63,626 nt of DNA, filler included, from Pseudomonadota bacterium (GCA_043820105.1; 9 parts of 8 records of this genome joined end to end with filler, not necessarily neighbours in it); one strand, 5' to 3'. Shown: positions 31,366-42,867, counted from the first letter of the whole stretch. A program made the numbers and translations. The notes: generated by a model from the sequence alone, not told the origin.

Positions 31366-32472
31366 ATGAAAATTGTAATTACAATATCCACAATGAATGG
31401 AGGAGGTGCTGAGAGAATTGTGGCTTTGTTATCAAATTATTGGGTAGAAAAAAACATGCAGATTGACATAGTCACTTTTGATAATGAAAACAGTAAATCG
31501 TTCTATGAACTCAATCCAGCCATTATACATCACCATTTGGGAATAATCGGAAAATATCGTAATATTATCAGTAGATTTACAGGAGGTCTCGTAACAATTA
31601 TCACTCTCAGAAATATGATAAAATTCATAAAACCTGATGTTATTATTTCATTTATGGACCAGACAAATGTATTGACAATTTTAGCTTCGGCATTTCTTAG
31701 TGTGCCAGTTATAGTTACAGAACATATAGATATTAGGCAGTATTCGCCTGGTAAATTTTGGGAAATACTGAGAATGGTGCTTTATACTTTTGCATCTATT
31801 ATGGTTGCCGTCAGTAATGGAGTTTTGGAATCATTTCCAAAATATCTGAGACGCAATGCAACAGTGATACCAAATCCTTTATTCATTGAAAAAAAAATTG
31901 AGATAGAAAAAACAAACAAACTGGAAAAAACAATAATTGGAATGGGACGGCTCACTTATCAAAAAGGTTTTGATTTACTTATAAAAGCTTTTGAAATGAT
32001 AAAAAATGAAAAGCCGTGTTGGAACTTGATAATTTATGGTGAAGGTCCGATGAAAAAAGAACTTGAAAAATTGATTTCGGATTTGAAACTGGAAAATAGA
32101 GTAAAATTAGCAGGAATAACAAACAATCCGGCAGATAAATTCAGCCAGGCAGATCTTTTCGTTTTATCATCTCGTTTTGAGGGTTTTGGAATGGTTATCA
32201 TTGAAGCGATGGCGTGTGGTTTGCCAGTTATAAGTTTTGACTGCCCCAGCGGTCCCAGCGAAATAATAAAAAATGGAATTGATGGTATTCTTGTTCCCCC
32301 AGAAAATATAAATGCTTTATCAAACAGTATGAACGACTTAATGACTAATGAGGACAAAAGAATGTTTCTTGTTGATAATGGTTTAAAAACAGCAAGAAAT
32401 TACACAGTTGACAAAATCTCGCAAAAGTGGGCTGACTTATTTAAAAAACTGGTGAAAAACAATGAGATATAA
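31366..32472 (+). CDS. Glycosyltransferase family 4 (PglH/AmsD-like)
   Basis: GGAER, GRLTYQKGFD, EGFGMVIIEAMA, DCPSGP. Confidence 0.9.
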   Translation: MKIVITISTMNGGGAERIVALLSNYWVEKNMQIDIVTFDNENSKSFYELNPAIIHHHLGIIGKYRNIISRFTGGLVTIITLRNMIKFIKPDVIISFMDQTNVLTILASAFLSVPVIVTEHIDIRQYSPGKFWEILRMVLYTFASIMVAVSNGVLESFPKYLRRNATVIPNPLFIEKKIEIEKTNKLEKTIIGMGRLTYQKGFDLLIKAFEMIKNEKPCWNLIIYGEGPMKKELEKLISDLKLENRVKLAGITNNPADKFSQADLFVLSSRFEGFGMVIIEAMACGLPVISFDCPSGPSEIIKNGIDGILVPPENINALSNSMNDLMTNEDKRMFLVDNGLKTARNYTVDKISQKWADLFKKLVKNNEI

Positions 32473-32546
32473 TAGAGTATTTGTCATATATTATCATATT
32501 GAATTTTGCAGTCGTTTGTGACTTTTATTTTAAAAAGGTATAAAAG

Positions 32547-33419
32547 ATGAAAGACTTAGATTTTCTCCAACAAATATTATGTTGTCCTTCTTGTTACGGA
32601 AAACTAAAGAAACAAGAGAGCAGTCTTATATGTTTGGGGTGTGAACAAATATTTTCTATCCAGAATGGCGTTCCTGTTATACTTAATAAAGAATCCCTAT
32701 GCATGCTTGAGGCAGGAAAAGATCAAGTTTTACCTCGTAATATAGGAAGATTGGGAAGTTTTTTGCGCAAGGTATTGCCGCAACCTTTAGAGCATCGTTG
32801 GATAACATCAAAAGAAAATAAAGAAAGGGCATTTCACTTCCTCTCCAAATTTAATCCTTCCTCTTTAGTCTTAGATTTGGGTTCTGGAATAAAGAGATGG
32901 AGTGATAATGTGGTCAATTTAGATATTGGCGCCTTTGAAAATGTAGATATAGTTGGAGATGGACATAAACTTCCCTTTTGCGATGAGGAATTTGATGGTG
33001 TAATCTCTTGTGTAGTCTTAGAACATGTAAATAATCCTTACAAAGTGACAGAAGAGATGCATCAGTTTTTGAAGAAGGGAGGGCAAATTTTTGTATCTTT
33101 TCCTTTTATTTACGCCTTTCATAGTTCAACTGGAACACATCAAGATTTTACTCGCCTTACCAAATATGGCTTACAAGAAATTTTTTTCTCCTTTGAAAAG
33201 ATAGAGTTGAGGCAAGAAGGAGTGGTTAGTATATCAATAATATCAATCTTGAGTGCATATTTAGTCCTTTTGTTTACTGATAGGGATGTTTTTTATGGGG
33301 GACTACAGAGGTTTTTTGGTTGGCTACTCTTTCCTCTATGCCTATTAGACCCGATATTAGCTAAAAGAAGCAAGGTTCATATGATCGCCCCGAGCTTTTT
33401 CTTTATAGGCAGAAAATGA
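32547..33419 (+). CDS. Trm112-like zinc ribbon plus methyltransferase
   Basis: LCCPSC..L...C..C...I.NGVP; VLDLGSG; VLEHV. Confidence 0.8.
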   Translation: MKDLDFLQQILCCPSCYGKLKKQESSLICLGCEQIFSIQNGVPVILNKESLCMLEAGKDQVLPRNIGRLGSFLRKVLPQPLEHRWITSKENKERAFHFLSKFNPSSLVLDLGSGIKRWSDNVVNLDIGAFENVDIVGDGHKLPFCDEEFDGVISCVVLEHVNNPYKVTEEMHQFLKKGGQIFVSFPFIYAFHSSTGTHQDFTRLTKYGLQEIFFSFEKIELRQEGVVSISIISILSAYLVLLFTDRDVFYGGLQRFFGWLLFPLCLLDPILAKRSKVHMIAPSFFFIGRK

Positions 33420-33620
33420 GCCTGGCAAAATGGACATTGGGGACATTTGGGGCACAAATCATTGGGGTCTTCTTTCTTACCTTATGGGGAATAATAAATT
33501 CCCGTGTTTTAGGACCAGAGGGGAAAGGTATTGTTACCATGGTCTTTCTTTACCCTGATTTATTCGCTGTTTTATTTCAACTCTCTCTCAGTAGTCCCTA
33601 CTTACATCATATCGGAAGAG
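33416..33620 (+). CDS. Flippase-like protein, 5' fragment
   Basis: SRVLGPEGKG motif; cut by linker. Confidence 0.7.
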
Positions 33621-33720
33621 NNNNNNNNNNNNNNNNNNNNNNNNNNNNNNNNNNNNNNNNNNNNTTAATTAATTAANNNNNNNNNNNNNNNNNNNNNNNN
33701 NNNNNNNNNNNNNNNNNNNN

Positions 33721-36577
33721 ATACAACTGAAATTAATGCAGCGATTATTCCGATAAAATTTGTTTCAGGCAGATTCTGGAGCTTGTTGTCTGCTTCTAAT
33801 ACCCAAAAATACCTTTCTTCTATGTCGTTTATCGGAACTTTGTCCTGCATTACTCCTCTGCTGCTGACCAGATAGCCTGTTGCTGTCACCCTATAAGAAT
33901 TTTTTTCTTTTATTAATGCATTTGTTGTGTCAAATATTGTTGAGAATTCTTTTTGTTTTAGTGCCTTAACTGTTCCGCTTACAATGATTTCATCTATTTG
34001 GTTTCCTTTTTCGTCAAATACTTTGAATTTTACTTGAGCGCCTAAGTCAAATTCATCTAAGTTCATTATTACTGCAGAAAATTTCACTGTATTCCCTTTT
34101 CTGACTTTTTGGGGGATTACTTCAAACATTTCCATTCTAAGTGAATCAGGCTTTAGTACATAAATATATGCATAGTTGCGGAAGAACCTTACCGGCCCTG
34201 TGTAGTCTTCAATGTCATAATCATAATAGCTGTAATAGTTTTTGTCTGCTGTAATCACAAAATTAATTGTTTTTTTTCCTGAAGTAGTGCAATTAAATGT
34301 TCCAGTTGTATTCACGTCAGAGCCGTTTGAGTCAGGGGGCAAAAAGAACATTTTCTGGTTTTTTAATGTAGGGTAAGGGCTGGTTTCTCTTGGTCCGCAG
34401 GAGTCATCATAAATATACCATTCTGCTTTCACAATATTTGCTTCATTGTCATTGTCTATTGCTTTTGCGCTTATATTGCTGTCTTCGTTCATAAAAACAT
34501 AGTAAGGGGAATTTAAGTCTGCCTTAAAGTCAATTACATACAATTGAGTGAGGCCAATGTGAGCGTCAATTGTTTCAGGATCGTTGTTTAGGTTGTAATT
34601 CTTAATGTAAAGTAAGTTTCTTCTTCCAGTAGTAGAGCATCTTATGTATTCTGTGTCAAGAGCATACTGTAAGTGATGGCTTCCTTGGTTGAATACATTT
34701 AAGTCTCCTCCACCAGATTCTTCAAAAACACAGTTCATGTCCTGGTATTCTGAACTTGGCCAAAAACACATTCCCAGTGGATTAGTCTCTTGCTTGCATG
34801 CAATCCATCGAGGTGCTATAGTGCTATCAAAAAGATAGTTGATGTCTTTATCGAAATTCCTTACTCCAAATGATTCTGCATACAAGGGAGTATAGTGCCC
34901 ATAAGCCCCATAATATGGCCCTCCAATGTTTACCCCTATTGGCCCTTGATTTTTTTGAAGGCTTGAACTGTAAGCATTGATGTCCAAAACAGTTGTGTTG
35001 AAGTCAGTTGAATAGCCGTCTCCATCAGTTATTGTTATATCAAAGTCATGGAAGCCTAATGTCTTGCATTGCACGTCAAAATATAAGTTAATGTTGTTCA
35101 CGTCTCCTGGAATTATTGGCCCGTATCCAGGTGAATTTAATTCAACTGTCAGCCTTGGTCTTGAAGTAGGGCTTTCAGCTCTGCTGGAGTTACTGTACAC
35201 TTTTTGCCCTGAACCGACTTTTATCAGCCATCCTGAAGATTTGCTGTTGTCTAACTGGTTTTGAAGCGAGCTAGTTACATCTAATGCGTTTGCGTCTCTG
35301 CTCCAGAATTTATCGTATCTGCCATCAGCATATATGCCAAACTCATTTATCGCATTTATTTCAACTGAGCTTTCAATTGAAGCCTTCCTGTCGTCTCCTG
35401 AACCAGCTGAAGTATTGTATACTCCTGAATCGTTTGCATTCCCTGCTCCAGGCAAGCCCCAGTTTAAGTCTGTGCCGCTCCTTGCCCATCTGTTCCAAGT
35501 TACATCATTAAACCAGTTATATTTCCATAAAGGGTATACATAGAAATTTGCTTTTGTTGAGCCTGTATAAGGAGGAATCCATAAAGTGTTCAAATCAAGT
35601 TTTGCTGAAGCAATTGTTGCTCCAACCGGAATGCCTAAATTAATGAATTTAATTAAAATGTATTGAAGATAGCCATCTCCTTGGGCGTTGTCTGCTCCGA
35701 CAAGGTCTGGGTAACTTGAATACGTTCTGTCAGCCCTGTCCCCGCTTTTAATGTATAAATCAAATGTTCCTGTATAATCATCTATTCCCTGCTGGTATGT
35801 ATGGGTTGTCTCTGATAACTCAAATTTTTTGTGGGTTTTTTCGTATGTTATTGTATTCCAGTTCCCGACTTTCTGTGTTTTGGCTAAATTCATTGCTCCT
35901 CCGCCCAAGATTTCACAGGAACCATCGTCTGTTTTTACTTCAAGTGATTTAATGAAATAATTTCCGTCTAAAAATTCATTCAAATCAGTTGCATGAATGT
36001 AAAACCTGTTTGTGTCCCCTGCTTTTGACCAGAACAAGTTATAGTCATACATTGGAGGAAAGTTTGTTCCATATAGGACTTTAAAAGTAAATCCAGGTTG
36101 GCTGTCAAAAATTGCCCAATCAGAGGTGGGCCCTACGCCAGAACAGCCACCGTATCTTGCAAAAATATTGTAGTCTCCTACTGTATCGCAGTTTAATGTC
36201 ATTGTAACGTCATGCCAGCTTTGCCTGTCTGATCTATATGGGACCGAATAATAAGTGTTTGTGGCCAAATAATATTTTACCTGACAGCTTCCTGAATGGC
36301 CTATCGGCAGTGGAGCACGGAAGACGTTTGCGTCATTTTGAATGCATGAACTATTTAAAGTCCAGTTGCTTCCCCCAGTATATGCTCCCCAAGTGTATAC
36401 TCCTGAATTACTGTAAAAATACTGGCTCAGTGTAAGATTAAAATCCTGGTTGACGACGATTGGCTGGCCTGAATCACTTCTGGCGAAATGATAGTCAGGC
36501 GGAACCCAGTTCATAGTCCATGCAGAAGCTGTTCCAACAACAAATAAAACAAAAAAAAGCAATAATATTTTTTTCAT
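33721..36577 (-). CDS. Large secreted archaeal-type surface protein (DNRLRE-like, Ig/PKD and CARDB-like modules; C-terminal LPET-TM tail), 3' end truncated
   Basis: Signal peptide; LIKF..LGIPVGATIASAKLDL...TWN...W...G...RPRLTV; LPETNFIGIIAALISVV at contig edge. Confidence 0.7.
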
Positions 36578-36668
36578 TTAAACCATCTTTTATCCAACTG
36601 TTAACATTAGAATTAATTAGGCTTTAATTATATTTATTGCTTTTGGTTAACTGAAAACTGTAGTACAG

Positions 36669-36935
36669 TCATTTTTTTCCAAACAAAAAAGAATTAGTTG
36701 ATTCAAAGGGCTCGATTAAATGGTATTTAAAGTCATTTTTTCTAATAAGTTTTCTTGAAATCAGGTCTGAAAGGATTTCGTTTATTTCTTTTTGCGGCAA
36801 TTCAAGGAGTTCAGCTAATTCATCTAGGTAAAGTTCTTCGTACCTTAAAATAGCTGAAAAAATTTTTGAATGCTTTTCAGAATAAAAGCTTTTTCTTTTT
36901 TTTGCCTTAAAGCATGCCATTTCAACCATATTCAA
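36669..36935 (-). CDS. Small winged-helix protein
   Basis: LYLDELAELLELPQKEINEILSDLISRKLI. Confidence 0.6.
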   Translation of the reverse strand: MNMVEMACFKAKKRKSFYSEKHSKIFSAILRYEELYLDELAELLELPQKEINEILSDLISRKLIRKNDFKYHLIEPFESTNSFLFGKK

Positions 36936-37217
36936 GTTTTTTCACCTTGGTTAAAGGACAGCCCGAATCTAGTGGAATCGAGCCGCCCAAGACTTTCCGG
37001 TCTAAAAGAACCTTTTATTGTGTTTTAATATGCTTGGGGTTTAGCCTGCTTCAACCAAACAGTTTATTTTTTTAATCAAACAAATTCCACCTATTTTTAA
37101 TAGGTGGTTTAATGCNNNNNNNNNNNNNNNNNNNNNNNNNNNNNNNNNNNNNNNNNNNNTTAATTAATTAANNNNNNNNNNNNNNNNNNNNNNNNNNNNN
37201 NNNNNNNNNNNNNNNAT

Positions 37218-38462
37218 AAGGTACCAACAGAATGCCTTCGTTATAGGAAATATAATGGAAGAATACTAAGCGACATAAAAAGCTATGAAGCAAATCATGG
37301 TGTGTTTGATGAAAAAATGCAAAAAACTCAAAATATAATTGGTGAATTTCTAGAACGAAAAGACCCTGAAAACACAAATGCCTTAATGAAATCAATTGAG
37401 CATGCAGGACAACTTGAACCTGCAATCATCACGTGCGATGGTTTTTTAATAAATGGCAATAGACGAAAGATGGTATTTAATAAACTTTATCCTTCTAATA
37501 ATGAAAAATATGGAATGATGAAAGTCGTCATTTTACCGAATGTTGGTGATGAGGGAGGGCCGCCAACAATAAAAGAAATTGAACACATTGAAAATAGATA
37601 TCAGTTACAAAGAGATGGTAAATCGGAATATTATGGGTTTGATATGGCACTTTCAATTAAGAGAAAAATAGACAGTGGCTTAACACTAAAGGAACAGCTA
37701 AGAGATGACCCTCGCTATATTGGGATGAATGATGCTGAACTAAAGAAAATAGTGAAAAAATATGAGAGGGATTATTTATTTCCGTTGGAATGTGTCGATA
37801 GATATTTGGAATCCCTTGGCAGAATGGGATTGTATGATTCTGTTTCAACTGGTGTTGGTGATAAAGAAGGAAGATGGCAAGCCTTTATTGATTACGGTAT
37901 TTTTTACAAAAATTATTTGTCTAATGAAAAGTGGCGTATAGAAGCAGGTATTGAAGAAGATGAGATAGGCGATATTGAAGATATGGCATTTAAAATAATC
38001 AGAAAAAGGGAGGTGCCATCTAGAAGGTTAAATGATGTGATAAGAGATTTAAAAAAATTTCTGAAAAATACTGAATCCAAAAAACTACTAACGAGTTTAG
38101 AAAGAGAAGTAGATATTCAACTTCCGCATGAAGATTATCACGATAAAGATGGTAATGAACTTTCGACAAGAACTCTTGATATCGTTTGGGGTAAAAAATA
38201 TAATAAAAATTTTGCACATAAAATTAATGCGGCATATGGGCATCTTGAAAATCAACAGGAAAGAGAAACACCCTTAACCCTATTAGAAGCGGCATTGAAG
38301 AAACTTAACCACGATAACATGGATTTAAAGAACATTAGTGTGAGTGACCAAAACAAGGCAATGAAGTTGGCTAGAGCAATAAAAGAGAGAGCGAATGAAT
38401 TAGAAAGTGAAGCGTATCAATTTCAAAAAGACTTTAAAAGCCTTAAGAACAAAAAGTGGTAG
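37218..38462 (+). CDS. ParB/Srx-like domain protein, 5' truncated
   Basis: Frame open from contig edge (VPTECLRYRKYNGRI); GQLEPAIIT.DG.LINGNRR. Confidence 0.75.
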   Translation, partial: KVPTECLRYRKYNGRILSDIKSYEANHGVFDEKMQKTQNIIGEFLERKDPENTNALMKSIEHAGQLEPAIITCDGFLINGNRRKMVFNKLYPSNNEKYGMMKVVILPNVGDEGGPPTIKEIEHIENRYQLQRDGKSEYYGFDMALSIKRKIDSGLTLKEQLRDDPRYIGMNDAELKKIVKKYERDYLFPLECVDRYLESLGRMGLYDSVSTGVGDKEGRWQAFIDYGIFYKNYLSNEKWRIEAGIEEDEIGDIEDMAFKIIRKREVPSRRLNDVIRDLKKFLKNTESKKLLTSLEREVDIQLPHEDYHDKDGNELSTRTLDIVWGKKYNKNFAHKINAAYGHLENQQERETPLTLLEAALKKLNHDNMDLKNISVSDQNKAMKLARAIKERANELESEAYQFQKDFKSLKNKKW

Positions 38463-40369
38463 ATATGCTTATCTCATTTGATAATAATAAAGAATTAATT
38501 CTAAATGACAATAAATCCCAATTAAAATCAAAACACAGTTCGCAATTAAAATATTGGGAATTTGTTCCTTCTAAAGATGATAATTCTTTATGGACTTATG
38601 TTGGATCAAGCAACTTAACTATTATTTGTACTAAGATTGAGGCATATTTTAAAAAGCATAAAATTCAATTTCAATTATGTGATAAGATATCCAAACTTCT
38701 TTTAGAAAACCAACGTATTAAGCAGGCGTTTTCTCAGTCAAAATCACTATCAAAAAATTTCAAAGATGGGAATTATGATTCTAAACAGTTTAATGAGTTC
38801 TGCTATTTTTTGAAGACAAATATCAGAAGAGAACTGAGAGAACATCAAATAAAAGCCTGTTATCACCATTATCTTCTCAAAAATTCTGCAAATTTTTCTG
38901 TCCCAGGCAGTGGGAAGACAAGTGTTGTATTAAGTGTATATGAGAAACTTCGTACTGAAAATGAAGTAAATCTAATTTATGTTGCTGGACCTACATCTTG
39001 TTTCGGTCCTTGGCAAAATGAATTTGAATCGACATTGGGTAGAAAAGCGAAATGTAAGATATTATCAGGAGGAGATAGTTTATCAAGGAAAGATGAATAT
39101 TATGATTTTTATTCAGATGATTATGAACTTATTCTAACATCATTTCAAACATTTTATAGAGACGTATCACATATCGCCAATTTTTTCAATCATGTGTCAA
39201 TGAATGTCCTTCTTGTCATTGATGAAGCCCACTATATGAAGCAGATAGGTGGAGTGTGGGCAGATGCTATTCTTGAAGCAGGTCAATATGCCAAATACAG
39301 GTTAATTTTAACAGGAACTCCATGCCCAAGAAAATATATGGACCTTTTTAATCTGTTTGACTTTCTTTGGCCGCAAAATAAGCCGATTTCTGATATTGAC
39401 AAAAGCAAAATTGATATCTCTGAAGCAAATGGAGATAAGGATACAGCCGCTTCCATAATTAGAAATTCAATAGACCCACTTTTTTACCGAGTTAGGAAAA
39501 AAGATCTTGGTCTATTGCCTCCACAATTTCATAAACCCATTATAATTGAAATGAACAAATATGAGAAATTGATATACAAGGCAATTTCCGAACGTCTTCA
39601 AGAACTAAGTCATTTTGATGAAATGAAAAGCGTAGAATTTCTTTTAAAGTTGAAAAAAGGAAGGGTTATTCGACTTCGTCAATTGATTTCATATGCAAAA
39701 CTTCTAATAACAGCGATTGATGATTATAGCGAAGATTTAATAAGTGATGACAAGGATTTACAGCAAGTGATAATAAATTATGACAAGTATGAGAAACCTG
39801 CAAAATTAGTTGCCCTGAATGATTTAGTAAAAAAGATTAGCCAAAATGATAAAAAAATTCTGGTATGGACGAACTTTATTGGAACCATTAAACTTTTGGA
39901 GAATTATTTCAATTCCAAGGGAGAGCATTGTCGATCTATATATGGGGACATTCCTATCTATGAGAGTCCATATAAGGAGGAATGGACAAGGGAAAAAATT
40001 GTGCGCGAGTTTTTAGACATTGACAGCAATCTAAACATTCTAATAGCGAATCCAGCGGCTTGTGCGGAGTCAATTTCTTTGCATAAGAGTTGTTTCAACG
40101 CTATTTATTATGACCTTTCATATAATTGTGCTCAATATTTACAGTCTATGGACCGCATCCATCGTGTGGGAGGTTCAGAAGAAAATGAAGCAAATTATTA
40201 TTTTTTGCAATATGCTGATACGATTGATGCTGACATTATGAATAATTTATCAAATAAAGCGGAAAAGATGTACGCAATAATCGAAAACGATTATGCCATA
40301 TATTCAATGGATATGTTTGAAGATGATGGAAGTGAAATTGAGGCTTACGACAGGATTTTTGGAGCATAG
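38456..40369 (+). CDS. SNF2-family helicase/ATPase
   Basis: LREHQ, PGSGKT, IDEAH, LTGTP, QSMDRIHRVG. Confidence 0.92.
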   Translation: MVDMLISFDNNKELILNDNKSQLKSKHSSQLKYWEFVPSKDDNSLWTYVGSSNLTIICTKIEAYFKKHKIQFQLCDKISKLLLENQRIKQAFSQSKSLSKNFKDGNYDSKQFNEFCYFLKTNIRRELREHQIKACYHHYLLKNSANFSVPGSGKTSVVLSVYEKLRTENEVNLIYVAGPTSCFGPWQNEFESTLGRKAKCKILSGGDSLSRKDEYYDFYSDDYELILTSFQTFYRDVSHIANFFNHVSMNVLLVIDEAHYMKQIGGVWADAILEAGQYAKYRLILTGTPCPRKYMDLFNLFDFLWPQNKPISDIDKSKIDISEANGDKDTAASIIRNSIDPLFYRVRKKDLGLLPPQFHKPIIIEMNKYEKLIYKAISERLQELSHFDEMKSVEFLLKLKKGRVIRLRQLISYAKLLITAIDDYSEDLISDDKDLQQVIINYDKYEKPAKLVALNDLVKKISQNDKKILVWTNFIGTIKLLENYFNSKGEHCRSIYGDIPIYESPYKEEWTREKIVREFLDIDSNLNILIANPAACAESISLHKSCFNAIYYDLSYNCAQYLQSMDRIHRVGGSEENEANYYFLQYADTIDADIMNNLSNKAEKMYAIIENDYAIYSMDMFEDDGSEIEAYDRIFGA

Positions 40370-41335
40370 TTGATGTTAAACTTTGAAAAAATAACTTTTG
40401 GAAAGGTGAGTGCTTTGGTTGAAACTATTGCTTTTCATACCATAAACGATATTGAACATATTGAACGCTATTATCTTAATAAAGCAACAGATTTTTCTGA
40501 TAATCTTTCTTTTCTATCTGCCATCCAATTAGTCGAAGTATTAGATGGAAAAATTCTACCATCAGCAATCATTACTTCCCTTCAATCAATTCAAGATAAG
40601 CAAGAAAAAAGCAATAAACTAAAATTGATTATATTGGATAAAATACTTCAACACAATGATAATACTCAAATCCAAGAGTTCTGGGACTATTGCTCAAGGT
40701 TTTCACTTGACGGAAATAGATTCTCTTACATTCCGAATTTGACTAACAGGCTGAAACAGGCAGGAATTAGAAATTACCTTATGGAATTAGGATTTGTGAC
40801 GAAAGACAATGATAGGGATGAATATTTTATAGATGGGGAATACGCTAATTTATTTATAAGTTTTAGGGAAAACACTACCGTGTTAACTCCTAAAGCATTT
40901 ACTTCTATGCAAAAGAGGCAAGTAGAACTTGGTAATAAGGCAGAGCAAAGAATTATTGAATATGAAATGAAAAAATTGAAAGATTATCCTTATATGGCAA
41001 GAAATATTGAGCATATTGCAAAAATAAATGTGAATGCTGGTTATGATATTGAAAGTTTTTGCAAGAATGAGGCTGAAAAAGGAGTTTCAGAGAAGATATA
41101 TATAGAAGTCAAAGCGGTATCAGCAATACAAAAGAAATTTTACTGGTCAGCAAATGAAGTAGAGACGGCAAAAAGATTAAAATCAAGGTATTATCTTTAT
41201 CTTTTACCTATTGGGCTAAATGAGCAATTTGACATTAATAATCTACAAATTATTCAAAATCCATACGAATCTGTTTATTTGAGTTCTGATTGGCTGAAAA
41301 GGGAAGAATCAATATCAGTCACGGAAAAAATTTAA
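40370..41335 (+). CDS. DUF3883 (NOV_C) PD-(D/E)xK nuclease-like protein
   Basis: G..AE..I..YE, AGYDIESF, IYIEVKA, FYWSANE, YYLY. Confidence 0.85.
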   Translation: MMLNFEKITFGKVSALVETIAFHTINDIEHIERYYLNKATDFSDNLSFLSAIQLVEVLDGKILPSAIITSLQSIQDKQEKSNKLKLIILDKILQHNDNTQIQEFWDYCSRFSLDGNRFSYIPNLTNRLKQAGIRNYLMELGFVTKDNDRDEYFIDGEYANLFISFRENTTVLTPKAFTSMQKRQVELGNKAEQRIIEYEMKKLKDYPYMARNIEHIAKINVNAGYDIESFCKNEAEKGVSEKIYIEVKAVSAIQKKFYWSANEVETAKRLKSRYYLYLLPIGLNEQFDINNLQIIQNPYESVYLSSDWLKREESISVTEKI

Positions 41336-41339
41336 GTCT

Positions 41340-42242
41340 ATGCAATATGAAAAAAATACCATTTATAATGGAGATTGCAGGGAATTATTGAAGGATGAAA
41401 CCTTCATAGTGGATAATTCTGTGCATCTAATAGTAACATCACCTCCTTATTCTGACAGAAGGAAAAGTACTTATGGGGGTATACATCCAAATGAATATGT
41501 TGAATGGTTTTTGCCATTATCAGAGCACATGTTAAGAATTCTAAAACCTCAAGGCTCACTTATTATCAATATTAAAGAGCATGTTACGAATGGAGAACGC
41601 CAGACATATGTATTGGAGTTGATTCTTGCAATGAAAAAGCAAGGATGGAAATGGACAGAAGAATATTGTTGGTACAAGAAAACTGCATTTCCAGGAAAAT
41701 GGCCCAATCGTTTTAGGGATTCTTGGGAAAGATGTTTGCATTTTACAAAAGAAAAGAAGTTTTATATGAATCAAGATGCAGTCAAGGTGCCTATAGGTGA
41801 CTGGGCAGAAAAACGTTTTAAGAGTATGTCAGAAAATGATTTTATCCGATATGCTTCTGGCACAAACAAACATCTAGGCAAAAGAGTGGCTAATTGGATG
41901 AACAAGAGAAAGGTTTATCCGCATAATGTTTTAGTTTTTGAAAAAGAACACTATTCACTTCCATCGAACGTTCTTGAACTATGTCCTGTAACAAATCATA
42001 AAAACCACAGCGCTTGTTTTCCACTGGAGTTACCTGCTTGGTTTATCAGGCTTCTTTCAAAGAAAAATGATTTAGTGCTAGACCCATTTATTGGTGTGGG
42101 TACAACCGCTTTAGCCTGTAGACTGCTTGGTAGGAATTACATTGGAATCGAAAAACAAAAAGAATATATAAAAGAAGCCAACCTAAATATTCAGAAATTA
42201 GAACAGGAAATATCAAGTTCTAAAAGAAAATGCCAACAATAA
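41340..42242 (+). CDS. Beta-class N4-C/N6-A DNA methyltransferase
   Basis: TSPPY (motif IV) precedes HSACFP and DPFIGVGTT (motif I). Confidence 0.93.
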   Translation: MQYEKNTIYNGDCRELLKDETFIVDNSVHLIVTSPPYSDRRKSTYGGIHPNEYVEWFLPLSEHMLRILKPQGSLIINIKEHVTNGERQTYVLELILAMKKQGWKWTEEYCWYKKTAFPGKWPNRFRDSWERCLHFTKEKKFYMNQDAVKVPIGDWAEKRFKSMSENDFIRYASGTNKHLGKRVANWMNKRKVYPHNVLVFEKEHYSLPSNVLELCPVTNHKNHSACFPLELPAWFIRLLSKKNDLVLDPFIGVGTTALACRLLGRNYIGIEKQKEYIKEANLNIQKLEQEISSSKRKCQQ

Positions 42243-42467
42243 AGGTGAAGTATGCTCATTTGCGGGGGGCACCTTACTGGGAAAATTGGGGCCAAACCTT
42301 GACGGGCTGTTGCCCAATCATATTGAAGATCTATCAGCACTCCTTAAAGCACATGAAGGACATACCCAAAAACGCAGCTAATCATTTGAATTAAAAAATG
42401 TGTTCCGGGAATGCCCTCCGGGTCGGCGCAAGATTGCAGTCAAGGTCGTGGATTTCTGAGGATTGAA

Positions 42468-42629
42468 GTGTTTTATCGAGGAATAAAAACTAATATATTT
42501 ATAAATATTGCGGTGCTGTTAGTGCTGGCAATGATTCTGATTGATTTTGTAATTACTATTGCAGTTCAGAATATTCTGATTCGATCTGAAATTTCAAAAG
42601 GCTCCTTTCTTATTTCTTCGATAGAAGAT
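42468..42629 (+). CDS. N-terminal TM fragment, possibly a sensor kinase
   Basis: GTG start, hydrophobic helix, cut by linker. Confidence 0.4.
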
Positions 42630-42729
42630 NNNNNNNNNNNNNNNNNNNNNNNNNNNNNNNNNNNNNNNNNNNNTTAATTAATTAANNNNNNNNNNNNNNN
42701 NNNNNNNNNNNNNNNNNNNNNNNNNNNNN

Positions 42730-42867
42730 TCATTATTTTTAACATATTAATGTAAGGAGTTTTAATTTATGAGTTGCAATTTTTATAAAAATTTTAGATA
42801 AAAATTTTTGGGCTAGGTGGACCACTTTTGCGTCCGATTCGTGGACCAGTTTTCAATCCGATTGGCA
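42730..42867. mobile_element. IS21-like element terminus
   Basis: Two tandem GTGGACCA..TTT..TCCGATT units ending ...GGCA; near-identical to the reverse complement of 58362-58415. Confidence 0.7.
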
